Positions 41,484-52,774 of a stretch of DNA of 64,000 nt are shown here, piece after piece (the first letter of the stretch is position 1; the number at the start of each line of letters is the position of its first letter). A model generated the notes under the pieces. It did no database searches and was not told the DNA's origin. It was given only the letters and a program-made list of their open reading frames with translations. The translations under genes were made by a program, and so were the position numbers. Source of the DNA: Takakia lepidozioides (Eukaryota; Plantae; Bryophyta); the NCBI GenBank assembly GCA_030704615.1, contig CM060733.1, forward strand, positions 43,338,001 to 43,402,000, read 5' to 3'.

Positions 41484-43199
41484 GGCGGTCACAATGGAGC
41501 ACTCCACCTCTCTCGCAAGCGATGCTGCAAACACCCTATACACACAACCCCTGCCAAGCCACAAAACTTTAGAATACTAGACAGGTAGATAGCAACCAGA
41601 CCGGTTGCAGCCGGTCTGACATGAGCGCTACCTCCACACCATATGTATCTTTCTGTGGCTTGCTCACGCTCAGCGGTGGGCATGGCAGACTTGTCTTGCA
41701 CACCAATGTCTACTCCAGACGCATGTCCCTGTCCATTCGCTTGGGTCGTGCCAGAGCCTCATGCAGCGGGTTAAAGGTCCGGCCTGTGGAGCTAAAAGCG
41801 GCATCCCCTTGGCAATGCGCAGAGGACGGAGTCTCTTGCATGGGGTAGCAATGGCGCCTTCAGGGATGCCATTCAAGATAGGTCATAACACGAAACACTT
41901 CGCGGTTTCCTTTTCTGGGTTCGCTGTATTGTACGTATGCGCCGTCGGATCCGGGATTGTCTTTTGCGCAATTCAGCAGAAACGCATGTTCTCTAGGCAA
42001 AGAAGCAGGAAAGCGCACGGGATCGCAGACAAGGCCCTAATTGGTATATCTGGCGCGTAGGTCAGCGCTGGCAGGAGTTCCTGATAGATCCGTCAAAATG
42101 GTGGGACAGGAGCCTTGACAAGGTGAGATTTTCTTCATGTAGGATGAGGAGTCTAAGGGAGATTCACTGAACTCTGGTATGGTCGTATGGTGTGGACTGA
42201 ATCGTACTCGTTGTTGAGTGAAAATCTCACTTTGCTCTGCAAAAACTGCTTTTACTGCTCCCTGGTCGTTTTCAGACACCACTCCAAAATCTCCGGACTA
42301 CAGACATAAGCTGGTATAGCATCTGTGTAAGTTTGGAAATGTTCGTATGTTCCTGATTGTGTAGAGTCCAATGGAGCCCAAAGCGACTTGCATGAATGTT
42401 GTTGAAAGCTCACTAGCACTCCTCCCTTAAGGAACTTGTCAAAAATGTTGATGCTGTCGGATTTTCGGGTACAAAGGTTTACTGTGGAGCATGGAACAGG
42501 GCTGGCATGAGTCTTTTAAAGATCATTCACAATAGTGGGACGGCCGCAATCACAAGGTGTGGCTTTCTTCAAGTACGATGTGAAGAAGTTTGTCCATCCT
42601 GCAAATGTGGGCTCTTCCTCTTAGTATCATGATTTGATAATTTTCCTGGTTTTTACAAGGTACTTGGGAGGGTCAGCATGGTCTTAGGAGGCTGTTTATA
42701 AATCTCTGGCCGCTCAGCTGCACCATGGTGGTTGTCTCAGAACTATCCGGGGTCACCTGACTACCGACACAAGCAGCAAACACAAGAGGTTCTTTTGGGT
42801 TCATAGTTGGTTGAATCCTCCATGGGTGAAAGAAAAGACAGCTGCTCTCATGACACAAGGTCAAGGACAAAGTGGTAAGGGCACCTTCTTCTTCAACACA
42901 TTTTTGCCCTGTTATCAGAGTCATCCCTAATTTTTCATGTTGATTTCTGCAAGTTAGCTCGATGGGAGGATCTATGCTGGTTTGAAGTGATCTTGACATG
43001 TTACTGCCAATGTGGCAACAGGACTGTATCCAAAAACAGATGACTGAGACAAGGGGAAGCTTTGGAATGAATATTTTCCCGACCCCAGTCAATGTTGGGA
43101 CAATCGAGGCAAAAAGGTGAATGCCTTTTAGATTACAAAGAGAGACAAGCATCCCAAAGCTTTCTTGGAAATTCTCATCCCCTCTCTCCCAAGAGCACA

Positions 43200-46100
43200 T
43201 TTTTATATGCCCAGCATGGGTGCGGGATGGAGGCCTTGGAGACCTATGAGCTAATGATGAGGGAAGGGGTGAAGCCCAACCGGGTCACCTTCATTTGCAT
43301 TTGTAATGCATGTGCGAGCCTGGCAGCTCTTGAAAAGGGCAAAGAGGTCCATGGTCACATTATCAAAGCTGGAATTGTACCAGATATCATTCTGACATGT
43401 ATGCCAAATGTGAGAGCATTGAAGATGCAAAGGGAGTGTTTGACAATATGGGTGAACGAAAGGTGGTGTCATGGAACGCGATGATCACAGGATATGCACA
43501 ACAGGGGCGTGGGATGGAGGCTTTGGAGACCTATGAGCAAATGATGTGGGAAGGAGTGAAGCCCAACCACATCACGTTTGTTTCCGTTTGCAATGTGTGT
43601 GCGAGCGTGGCAGCCCTTGAAAAGGGCAAAGAGGTCCATGGGGACATTATCAAAGCTGGAATTGTACCAGATGTCATTCTGAACACTGCCCTGGTGGACA
43701 TGTATGCCAAATGTGGGAGCATCAAGGATTCAAAGGGAGCGTTCAACCATATGGCCAATCGAGATGTAGTGTCGTGGAACACAATGATTGCAAGATATGT
43801 GCAGCATGGGTGTGGGATGGAGGCTTGGGAGACCTATGAGCAAATGATGTGGGAAGGGGTGAAGCCCGACCGGGCCACGTTCATTTGCATTTGCAATGCA
43901 TGTGCGAGCCTGGGAGCCCTAGAAAAGGGCAAAGAGGTCCATGGTGACATTGTCAAATCTGGAATTGTACCAGATGTTGTTCTGAACACTGCTTTGATGG
44001 ACATGTATGCCAAATGTGGGAGCAATAATGATGCAAAGGGAGTGTTCAACCATATGTCTGAACGAAATGTGGTGTCGTGGAACACAATGATCACAGGATA
44101 TGCCCAGCATGGCTGCGGGATCGAGGCTCTGGAGACCTATGAGCAAATGATGCGGGAAGGGGTGAAGCCAGACTGAGTCACGTTTGTTTGCGTTTGGAAT
44201 GCGTGTGCGAGCCTGGCTGCCCTGGGAAAGGGCAAAGTGGTCCATGGTCACATCATCAAACCTGGAATTGTACCAGATGTCATTCTGAACACTGCCCTGG
44301 TGGACATGTATGCCAAATGTGGGAGCATTGAAAATGCAAAGGGAGTGTTTGACAATATGGCAGAGAGAAATGTGGTGTCGTGGAATGCCATGATCACAGG
44401 ATATGCCCAGCAGGGGCGTGGGATGGAGGCTTTACAGACCTATGAGGAAATGATGCGGGAAGGGGTGAAGCCCAACCACATCACGTTTGTTTGCATTTGC
44501 AATGCATGTGCGAGCTTGGCAGCCCTGGAAAAGGGCAAAGAGGTCCATGGTGACATTGTCAAAGCTGGAATTGTGCCAGATGTCATTCTGAACACTGCCC
44601 TGGTGCACATGTATGCCAAATGTGGGGGCATTGAAGATGCAAAGGGAGTGTTCGATAATATGGCTGAACGAGATGTGGTGTCGTGGAACGCGATGATCGC
44701 AGGATATGGACAGCAGGGGCGCAGGTTGGAGGCATTGGAGACCTATGAGCAAATGATGCGGGAAGGGGTGAAGCCCGACCGCGTCACGTTCGTTTGCGTT
44801 TGCAATGCATGTGTGAGCATGGCAGCCCTGGAAGAGGCCAAAAAGGTCCATGGTGACATTGGCAAAGCTGGAATTGTATCAGATGTCATTCTGAACACTG
44901 CCCTGGTGGACATGTATGCCAAATGCGGGAGCATTGAAGATGCAAAGGGAGTGTTTGACAATATGGCAGAGAGAAATGTGGTGTCGTGGAATGCCATGAT
45001 CACAGGATATGCCCAGCAGGGGCGTGGGATGGAGGCTTTACAGACCTATGAGGAAATGATGCGGGAAGGGGTGAAGCCCAACCACATCACGTTTGTTTCC
45101 GCTTGCAATGCATGTGCAAGCATGGCAGCTCTTGAAAAGGGGCCAAGAGGTCCACAGTGAGATCATCAAAGCTGGAATTGTACCAGATGTAATTCTGAAC
45201 ACTGCCCTGGTGGATATGTATGCCAAATGTGGAATATTGAAGATGCAAAGGGAGTGTTCAACAATATGGCTGAACGAGATGTGGTGTCGTGGAGCGCGAT
45301 GATCGCAGGATATGCACAGCAGGGGCATGGGATGGAGGCTTTGGAGACCTATGAGCAAATGATGTGGGAAGGAGTGACCCCCAACCACATCACGTTTGTT
45401 TCCGTTTTCAATGCGTGTGCAAGCGTGGCAGCCCTTGAAAAGGGCAAAGAGGTCCATGGTGACATTGTCAAAGCCGGAATTGTACCAGATGTCATTCTGA
45501 ATACTGCCCTGGTGGACATGTATGCCAAATGTGGAAGCATTGAAGATGCAAAGGGAGTATTCGACAACATGTTGGAACGAGATGTGGTGTCCTGGAACAC
45601 AATGATCACAGGATATGCACAGCAGTGGCGCGGAATGGAGGCTTTGGAGACCTATGAGCAATTGATCCGGGCAGGGGTGAAGCCCAACCCCATCACATTT
45701 GTTTGCATTTGCAATGTGTGTGCGAGCTTGGAAGCCCTGGAAAAGGGAAAGGAGGTCCATGGTAATATTGTCGAAGCTGGAATTGTCCCAGATGTCATTC
45801 TGAACAATACCCTCATGGACATGTATGCCAAATGTGGGTGCATCGAGGATGCAAAGGGAGTGTTTGACAATATGGCTGAACGAGATGTGGTGTCGTGGAA
45901 CACGATGATTGCAGGATATGCACAGCAGGGGCGCGGGATGGAGGCTTTGGAGACCTATGAGCAGATGATGTGGGAAGGGGTGAAGTGCAACCACATCACG
46001 TTTGTTTGTGTTTGCAATGCGTGTGTGAGCGTGGCAGCCCTGGAAAAAGGCAAAGAGGTCCACTGTGACATAATCAAAGCTGGAATTGTACCAGATGTCA

Positions 46101-47113
46101 TTCTGAACACTGCCCTGGTGGACATGTATGCAAAATGTTGGAGCATTGAAGATGCAAAGGGAGTGTTTGACGTTATGTCCAAACGAGATGCGGTGTTGTG
46201 GAACGGTATGATCGCAGGATATGAGCAACATGGTTGTCATAGGCAGGCCCTGCAATTATTTGAAGGAATGCAAATGGAAGGTCTGAAGCCAGACAGTATC
46301 ACCTTTATATGTGTTCTCTGTGCATGCAGCCACGTTGGCCTACTGGATGAAGGAAGACGCTACTTCGATTCCCTGAGTCAAGATCATGGTGTCACTCCAA
46401 CAGTAAAGGACTTTGGCTGCATGGTGGACCTTCTTGGATGTGCGGGGCGATTGGATGAGGCAGAGGACCTCATCAAGAAAATGCCAATCAAACCAGATGC
46501 TGTGGTGTGGAAGACCTTGCTTGGTGGCTGCAGAATCCATGGCAATGTGGAGATGGCTGAACGTGTGGCAACATCTATTCTCAAGTGGGATGAACAGGAT
46601 TCTGCGACTTATGTGTTGCTATCAAACGTATATGCCGCAGCTGGCAGGTGGGATGATAGTGCAAAGGTGAGGAAAATGATGAAGGTCAGAGGGGCTAGAA
46701 GGGAGCCAGGTCGCTGCTGCATTGAGGTTGACAACAGGGTGCACACCTTTGTTGTAGATGATGAATTGCATCCCAAAATTAAGGAAATCCATGCTAAGCT
46801 GAGAGGATTGTCTGAGCAGATGAAGGAGGCAGGGTATGTGCCGGACACACGCTTTGTATTGCATGATGTGGTGGAGGAGCAAAAGGAATTTTCTCTTTGC
46901 CACCACAGTGAGAAGCTGGCCATTGGCTTTGGGCTGATCAGCACGGCCCCTAGGACGCCTCTCCGTCTCATCTATAATCTGCGGGTGTGTGGTGACTGCC
47001 ACACCTCCTTCAGGTGCATCTCAAAGATTGTTGGGCGAGTAATTGTCGTACGGGACGCAAGCCGCTTTCACCACTTTGAAGATGGAGTTTGTTCTTGTGA
47101 GGATTACTGGTGA
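43200..47113 (+). pseudogene. PLS-class PPR protein with E1-E2-DYW deaminase (organellar C-to-U editing factor), frame-disrupted
   Basis: About 10 P-L-S units of 303 bp. PG box EPGRCCIEV, HHSEKLA, CGDCH, C-terminal EDYW. Lesions: 16-nt deletion at about 43395, TGA at 44174, +1 at about 45140 and -1 at about 45234. The last 628-codon ORF (45227-47113) is open. Confidence 0.9.
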
Positions 47114-47254
47114 AACGATGTTTTTCTACCAAGGTGTGAGTGTCTTGCTTCATTCATTGATCTGTGTAACTACTCAGTTTATCGACCATGTCCTGAGAAC
47201 ATTGACCATGACATAGAGTTGACGGCATTTCCCGTGGCACATCCACAGGAAATG

Positions 47255-47684
47255 AAAAGGGCATAGAGGTCCATGTTGACATCATCAAAGCTGGAATTGT
47301 ACGAGATGTCATTCTGACCTGGTGGACATGTGCCAAATATGGGAGCATCAAAAGATGCAAAGGGAGTGTTGGACCACATGGAGGAAAGAAATGTGGTGTT
47401 GTGGAATGTGATGAGGTGGATGATATCACTTTTCCATGTGTTCCTCTGCATGTAGCCATACTGGCCTAGTGGATGAAGGCAATTACTGGTATGACTCCCT
47501 GATTCAAGTTCATGGCATCACTCCAGCAATGGAGCACTTTGGCTGCATAGTGGACCTTCTTGGGTGTGTGGGGCGATTGGATGACGGAGAGGACTTCATT
47601 AACAAAAGGCCAATGAACCGAAATGTTGTGGATTGGAAGAATCCAGTGCAAACTTATGTGTTGCTATCAAACATCTATGCTTAA
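47255..47684 (+). pseudogene. Partial degenerate PPR duplicate (L/S motifs plus an L2-S2/E fragment)
   Basis: AAAAGGGC..AGAGGTCCATG...AAAGCTGGAATTGTA and ACSHTGLVDEG...HFGCIVDLLG...YVLLSNIYA, with internal deletions. Confidence 0.8.
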
Positions 47685-48559
47685 TCTGGGTGGATATTGC
47701 AAGGTCGAAAGAAGCGAGAAGGGATGGCGGAGCTCTGCCCTCCCGCACCCCTTTTGCTAAAAGCGCTGCTAGCCCCTAACTTTTACGTCCCCACTATTTC
47801 TGTGCCATTTCCTTCGTATGTATGAGTCTCATTAGGAAACCTGGCAAACTAGCTAGTGCTAGCACGTAGGAAAGGTAGCCGTGACAGCTCTCGAACATGC
47901 TGTGCTTGGTGACTCCTGCAAGCGAAGAGTGTTCTGTCGATCGCAGTTGCACTGCCCTGTGAAGGGCTTTCTTGTGATGTATTCTTTAAGAGCTCTCATG
48001 TTAATGTACTGTGTCAACTCCGTCTAGGTTCCTTCCTTTTGTTGTCATATAAGCCCATCTGCCTGCTGAGTGTAAGCTTAGTACTGTGAATGCTTGCTTA
48101 CAACACCCTGATTAACCCTCTCTCTTAGTCTTGATTAGCACTTATTGTGCTGTGTAGGGGTATCCTTATAATTCAACACTTTCAAATGCTTCTGTCCAGC
48201 ATGGTGTCTCTCTTGTATCCTAGTGCTAGATTCCTCTCTTGGCAAGGAATTGTGCTGCACGCAGGTGAGGCTGCGACACAGGGTGCCAACTTACTGAGCA
48301 TGCTAGCATCTATGACATGGTTGTCGGATATTCCGTGAGCCAGACCTCGTCAGTAGGAGAGGTGCAATATTTTGGTGCAATTCTTTTCATGTTTTTTGGG
48401 ACGGGAACGGAGCCCAGACTGTATGGAACCACCCCAGCAAAATGAAACCAAGCGAATGCATCTTAGTGATGGACTTAAATTAAGTTGAGGCTTAATTTTG
48501 GATTCTTGTGCTTGCAATGCTAGGTCTGGGGTTTAATCAAAGATAATATTCTAGGGTGC

Positions 48560-49570
48560 CCTTTGGTTGACCATTGGATTTTGGCAGGAGATTTTAACAT
48601 GGTCGAGTCTCCTATTGACAGGATGGGGAATCACTCCGGATCTTTCACTTACCTTATGTGTGCGTCTTGCAGACAGCTATTCCTTTCCTCTTTCTACAGC
48701 CTTCTCTTGGACCAACAATCGGGCTCCACCGGGTTTGTGCATGGCAAGGCTCGACCGTTTTTATTTCTCCTCTTCTCTTGCGTCTTGGTACCAATATCTG
48801 CCTGTGGGTCCCGTTCTCGTGGACTTTGATCATGCTGAAGTTTCAGCTCGGGTGTCATCTCCTGGACCTAGGGCTAGAGGTCGTGGGTTGAGTAGGCTTA
48901 ACATCAGTATTCTCTCTGATCAGACCAGTTTGGAGGCTCTCCAGGTTTGTCTCTACTCCAACTTCTCCTTTTCTCTCCCCAACGTTGAATTTCCTTAAGA
49001 AGTTGGAAGAGTGTCGTAAGCTTGGTTTGAAGTTAGCCAGGGATTCTGCTCAGGACAATTCTAGGCATGAGAGAGCTCTAATTAAGTGTTTGAAAGTCTG
49101 CCAGAAATAGATTGAAAGGGACCCGGACTCTTATCTTCCTTTTGGAGGCCAAATCCAGGTTGGCAGCTCTGCACTTGTCTAAAGACCGCTTCATGTGAAT
49201 GAAGGCGGGGGTTAACTGGTCTTTGAAGGATGAAAAAATGAACCGCTATTTTTTCCTTAAAGCCCGCCAGAGGATCTCGGGGCAGGAGATTCCTTAGAGA
49301 TTCTTCGAATACCTCTCACTCCCACCCCAAGATGCTATCTGCTATAGCTAAAGATTATTTCTCTTCTCTTTTTTCAGTGGAGCCTAATTTTCCCGCTTCT
49401 TTATCTGCTAGGGAGGTGGTCTGTAGTAAGATTCCCCATCTCCTCTCGCTGGCGCAGGCTGATTCCCGTTGAGTTTTCGGATATTGAATTGCAAGATGCA
49501 TTAGCTAGCCTTAAGCTCCTTAAATCCCCGGGGGTGGATGGAATCCCTGCAGAGTTTTATAGTGTCTGAC
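48560..49570 (+). mobile_element. Degenerate L1 LINE ORF2 fragment (endonuclease to linker)
   Basis: WILAGDFNMVE, RLDRFY, DFDHAEV and KSPGVDGIPAEFY. Similar to ORF2 at 10020-11469. Confidence 0.8.
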
Positions 49571-51416
49571 TCATTCGGGGGATTTCCTGTCCATGGCTAA
49601 CGATATAGAGCATGTCCAGCAATGGCTTAAAATAGTACTTGACAACGACATGGCCGACTGTTCCCACGTATATTACAAGTTATTGGCTTTGCAGTGGAGG
49701 GTGAGAGAGACAGTTCTCTGCTCACAACTCAGGGCATGACAGCACTGGTTTTTTATATTAAGTTGTCTCAGAACTACTATAACTGAAATGGATGAGTTGG
49801 ACTAAGTGCAGAACTATTGCACACCAAAAGGTGCTGCTCTCTGCTGCACAGGGTGTGTGACGATCTTTATCATGGCAAACTTGTATTAAATCAGATGTTG
49901 CCTTTTTCTCTTTTTTTCTTTTTTTTTTCTTTAACCAAACCAGGGGGTAGAGGCCATAAGGATGTTGATATTCTTACTTCTGCTTTTGCTTTTGCTTTTA
50001 CTTCTTTTTTCCCCCTCAGGATTGTAATCACTGTAAAAGAGTAAAGTGCTTAATGTGACCTATGTTTCTGTAGCTGGAGCAACTTTTAATAGAGTTAATG
50101 GGGGTTGTGAGTTTGGGGGGGGGGGGTGGGCTCCACAGATTGCGGATCCTGGGACTTATAATGTTTTTCCCCTATGATCCCAGATCCTCTGTCTCCCCTC
50201 TCTCTCTGATTGCATCATACAAATGATTGGATATGGCTTGCTTCATATATTGATGCACTTGGGCCAACGGCACAGGCTACCCTAGTGTAGTATTAACTTA
50301 CCATTGAAAAATAAACAAAACTTTCTTAATTCAACAAAATGGGAACATTTAATAATGACTTAATATATATAGCTCTTAAAAAACTGCATTTATGACGTAA
50401 TTCTTCATATCCCTATATCGTTGATGATTGTCTTTTTTATTCGGTTTCACATTTGTTAGGATATTCACAATCTTCATTATCAATAAGACAAAATAGCATG
50501 CAATATTTAAATACACCTAAAGCTCAACGATTCAATGAATTGAACCCCGAATTTTCCTTTGATTTACACAATAGTGCCGCTTGTAATGAGAATGATTATG
50601 TCGTGAAAATGTCGCTAAGTGCTACTTCAGGAGGTTTGTGGTGGGATTTCACTGCAATATCTTGATAATGTTATTTTAAAAAACCACTATACGCATTGTC
50701 TAGGATTCGCACAAAAGAAAATTTGTATTTTGTTAAATCGTTTAGAATCAAAGAAATTTCAAGTTGATAAGTCGGTACTTGATGAGATGAAAAGGTTGCG
50801 GTCGGCTAAATACGAATTAACCATACCTATTCTCAAATACCTTAGAGGATCATATCTTATTGTGCAATCATTAATAGTCTATCACTTCAACAACATCATG
50901 ATGATATAACAAAAGATTATAACCTTCAAACATCTCATATACTATGCCTTAACGAAACCCGCATAAATAATTCAAAAAATTCAACAAATTGGTCACATTT
51001 GATAAATACTGATAAATTTAATGTTTTATCTTGTTACGATAATCATGGCACAATGATAATGTATGATAAAAAATATGACTTTGTCACCCCCATGAAATAT
51101 GCACACAGAATGGTACTGAATTTATTGCAGCTTCATTGATACACGAAAAGCATTACATGTCATAGCAATTTATAAACCTCCATTAATGCACTTAGAAGAT
51201 TTCCTTCACATTTTGCCAAATTCTACATCAAAGCTCCTCGATCTTGTCCCATATTTTTATTGGGGATTTCAATGTAGATATGTTGCAACTATCCCCCGAA
51301 TCCAAGAAACTCCAAGATTATATGAAACACTATAATCTTGTCAAACTTAGTTTTTCCAATAGTACAACAAATTATGATTCTCAATTAGATCACATATGGA
51401 CCAATGCAATTGTTAA

Positions 51417-52370
51417 CCCCTAATGGACGAGGCGGCCTGAATCGGGTCACCGAAAAATTTCGAATGGATGAAAGAAATCGAGCCCTGATTGAAAAATGTA
51501 GGAAATTTAATTCTACACCCCCTGTGTTGATGGCATCCTAAAAACCCTACAGGACAGTCGACAGGATTTTTTGGAAAGGGTGGGGGTACCCAAAAATCAG
51601 GGGTTTGGGACCCTCCAGCAAGGTTGACTTGACCACGTGGCAAGCAGATGGAGCTGGGTCTTGGCATTTGCCGGCGACAGGTTTCAGCGGGGCTCCACAA
51701 AAAGCGAGCAGACACAAAACAGCCCCCATGAGTTCATGGACGTGGCCCCTTTTTTTGGCCGGAATTATCTACCGGCTCAGGCAACACTTCGCCTGAGCTG
51801 GGATTCAAGTAGGAATTAAAATCTTTGCCTGCATTTTGGTTAGAAATCAGAAATTCTTTTTGGAGGTAGTAGGAAATCATTCAAGGAACAATTCCACCGT
51901 TGGAATTGTGGTTCCAATGCCAATTTGGACCCCTATGGCTGAATTACAAGTCAATTGAGGTAAATGGTGCTTTTTGACCCCACTGTTTTCCCATACAAAG
52001 CAACCCTATGCAGATTTTGGAATTGTGCTTTGCAAATTTGGGGCAAGATGCTTTAGGTGCCTGTGAATTGGAATGTGGTTGGGGTCTTGCAAGGAAAAAA
52101 TATTTTTTCGGACCAACAGCCTAGTCAAACAAATTCTTCCCTCTAAAATTGGAGTACACTACAGATTTAGGGCTGACCATTTTGTTATAATCTTCCTAAT
52201 GACACGGTAAAATGGGCTGGAATTTTTACAGCAGGTGCGTGAGGTAGGTAACCTTCCTTTCATACGGTTCATCCCTGTGGATGTTTGTTAGCTGGGAGAT
52301 ATACCCTCATCCGTAAGGGTATGTGCTGTTTTGGAGTGGGCCCACCAAAAACAGCCTTGTCCATTAGGGG
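51417..52370. mobile_element. piggyBac-like non-autonomous element, 954 bp
   Basis: TTAA on both sides (51413-51416, 52371-52374). TIR CCCCTAATGGAC(G/A)AGGC, 17 bp with one mismatch. Confidence 0.8.
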
Positions 52371-52736
52371 TTAATGGTTGTCAATCAAGATGCACATAAG
52401 CGTATTGGACAGACCATAAACCCATAGACCTTCCATTTAAATGATCTGATCATGTTCTTATTTACCATTTTCTTAACCCAAATTCAACATTTCCATTACC
52501 ATGATTTATCTTTGCTCGTGGCATTAAGGAAATTATATTTATATAAATATTGTGGCATGGCCCTCCTATAACTTACGATTTGTTTGTTGGCTCCTCCCTA
52601 AAGAGGAGACTACCCATCAGCGTCAAAAAAATGTCAACTCCCTGTTAGACCTTCCCTAAAAGAAGCCCTCTTCAGAGTACACCCAGGTCCTGCACTCCTT
52701 GGGTAAAACTGTGGTGCAAAAAAAAGTGCCATGAAG

Positions 52737-52740
52737 TTTG

Positions 52741-52774
<34 letters not shown>

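Noticed and set aside
41761-42060. Possible 5' exon or transit peptide of the PPR gene, divergent from RPT3
   Set aside because: No convincing splice path to the PPR array could be established by eye.
45038-46255. 405-aa minus-strand repetitive ORF
   Set aside because: Antisense shadow of the PPR repeat array.
49500-49570. Two L1 fragments (10020 and 49570) both ending near the KSPGxDG motif
   Set aside because: The breakpoints are not identical and two cases are compatible with chance.
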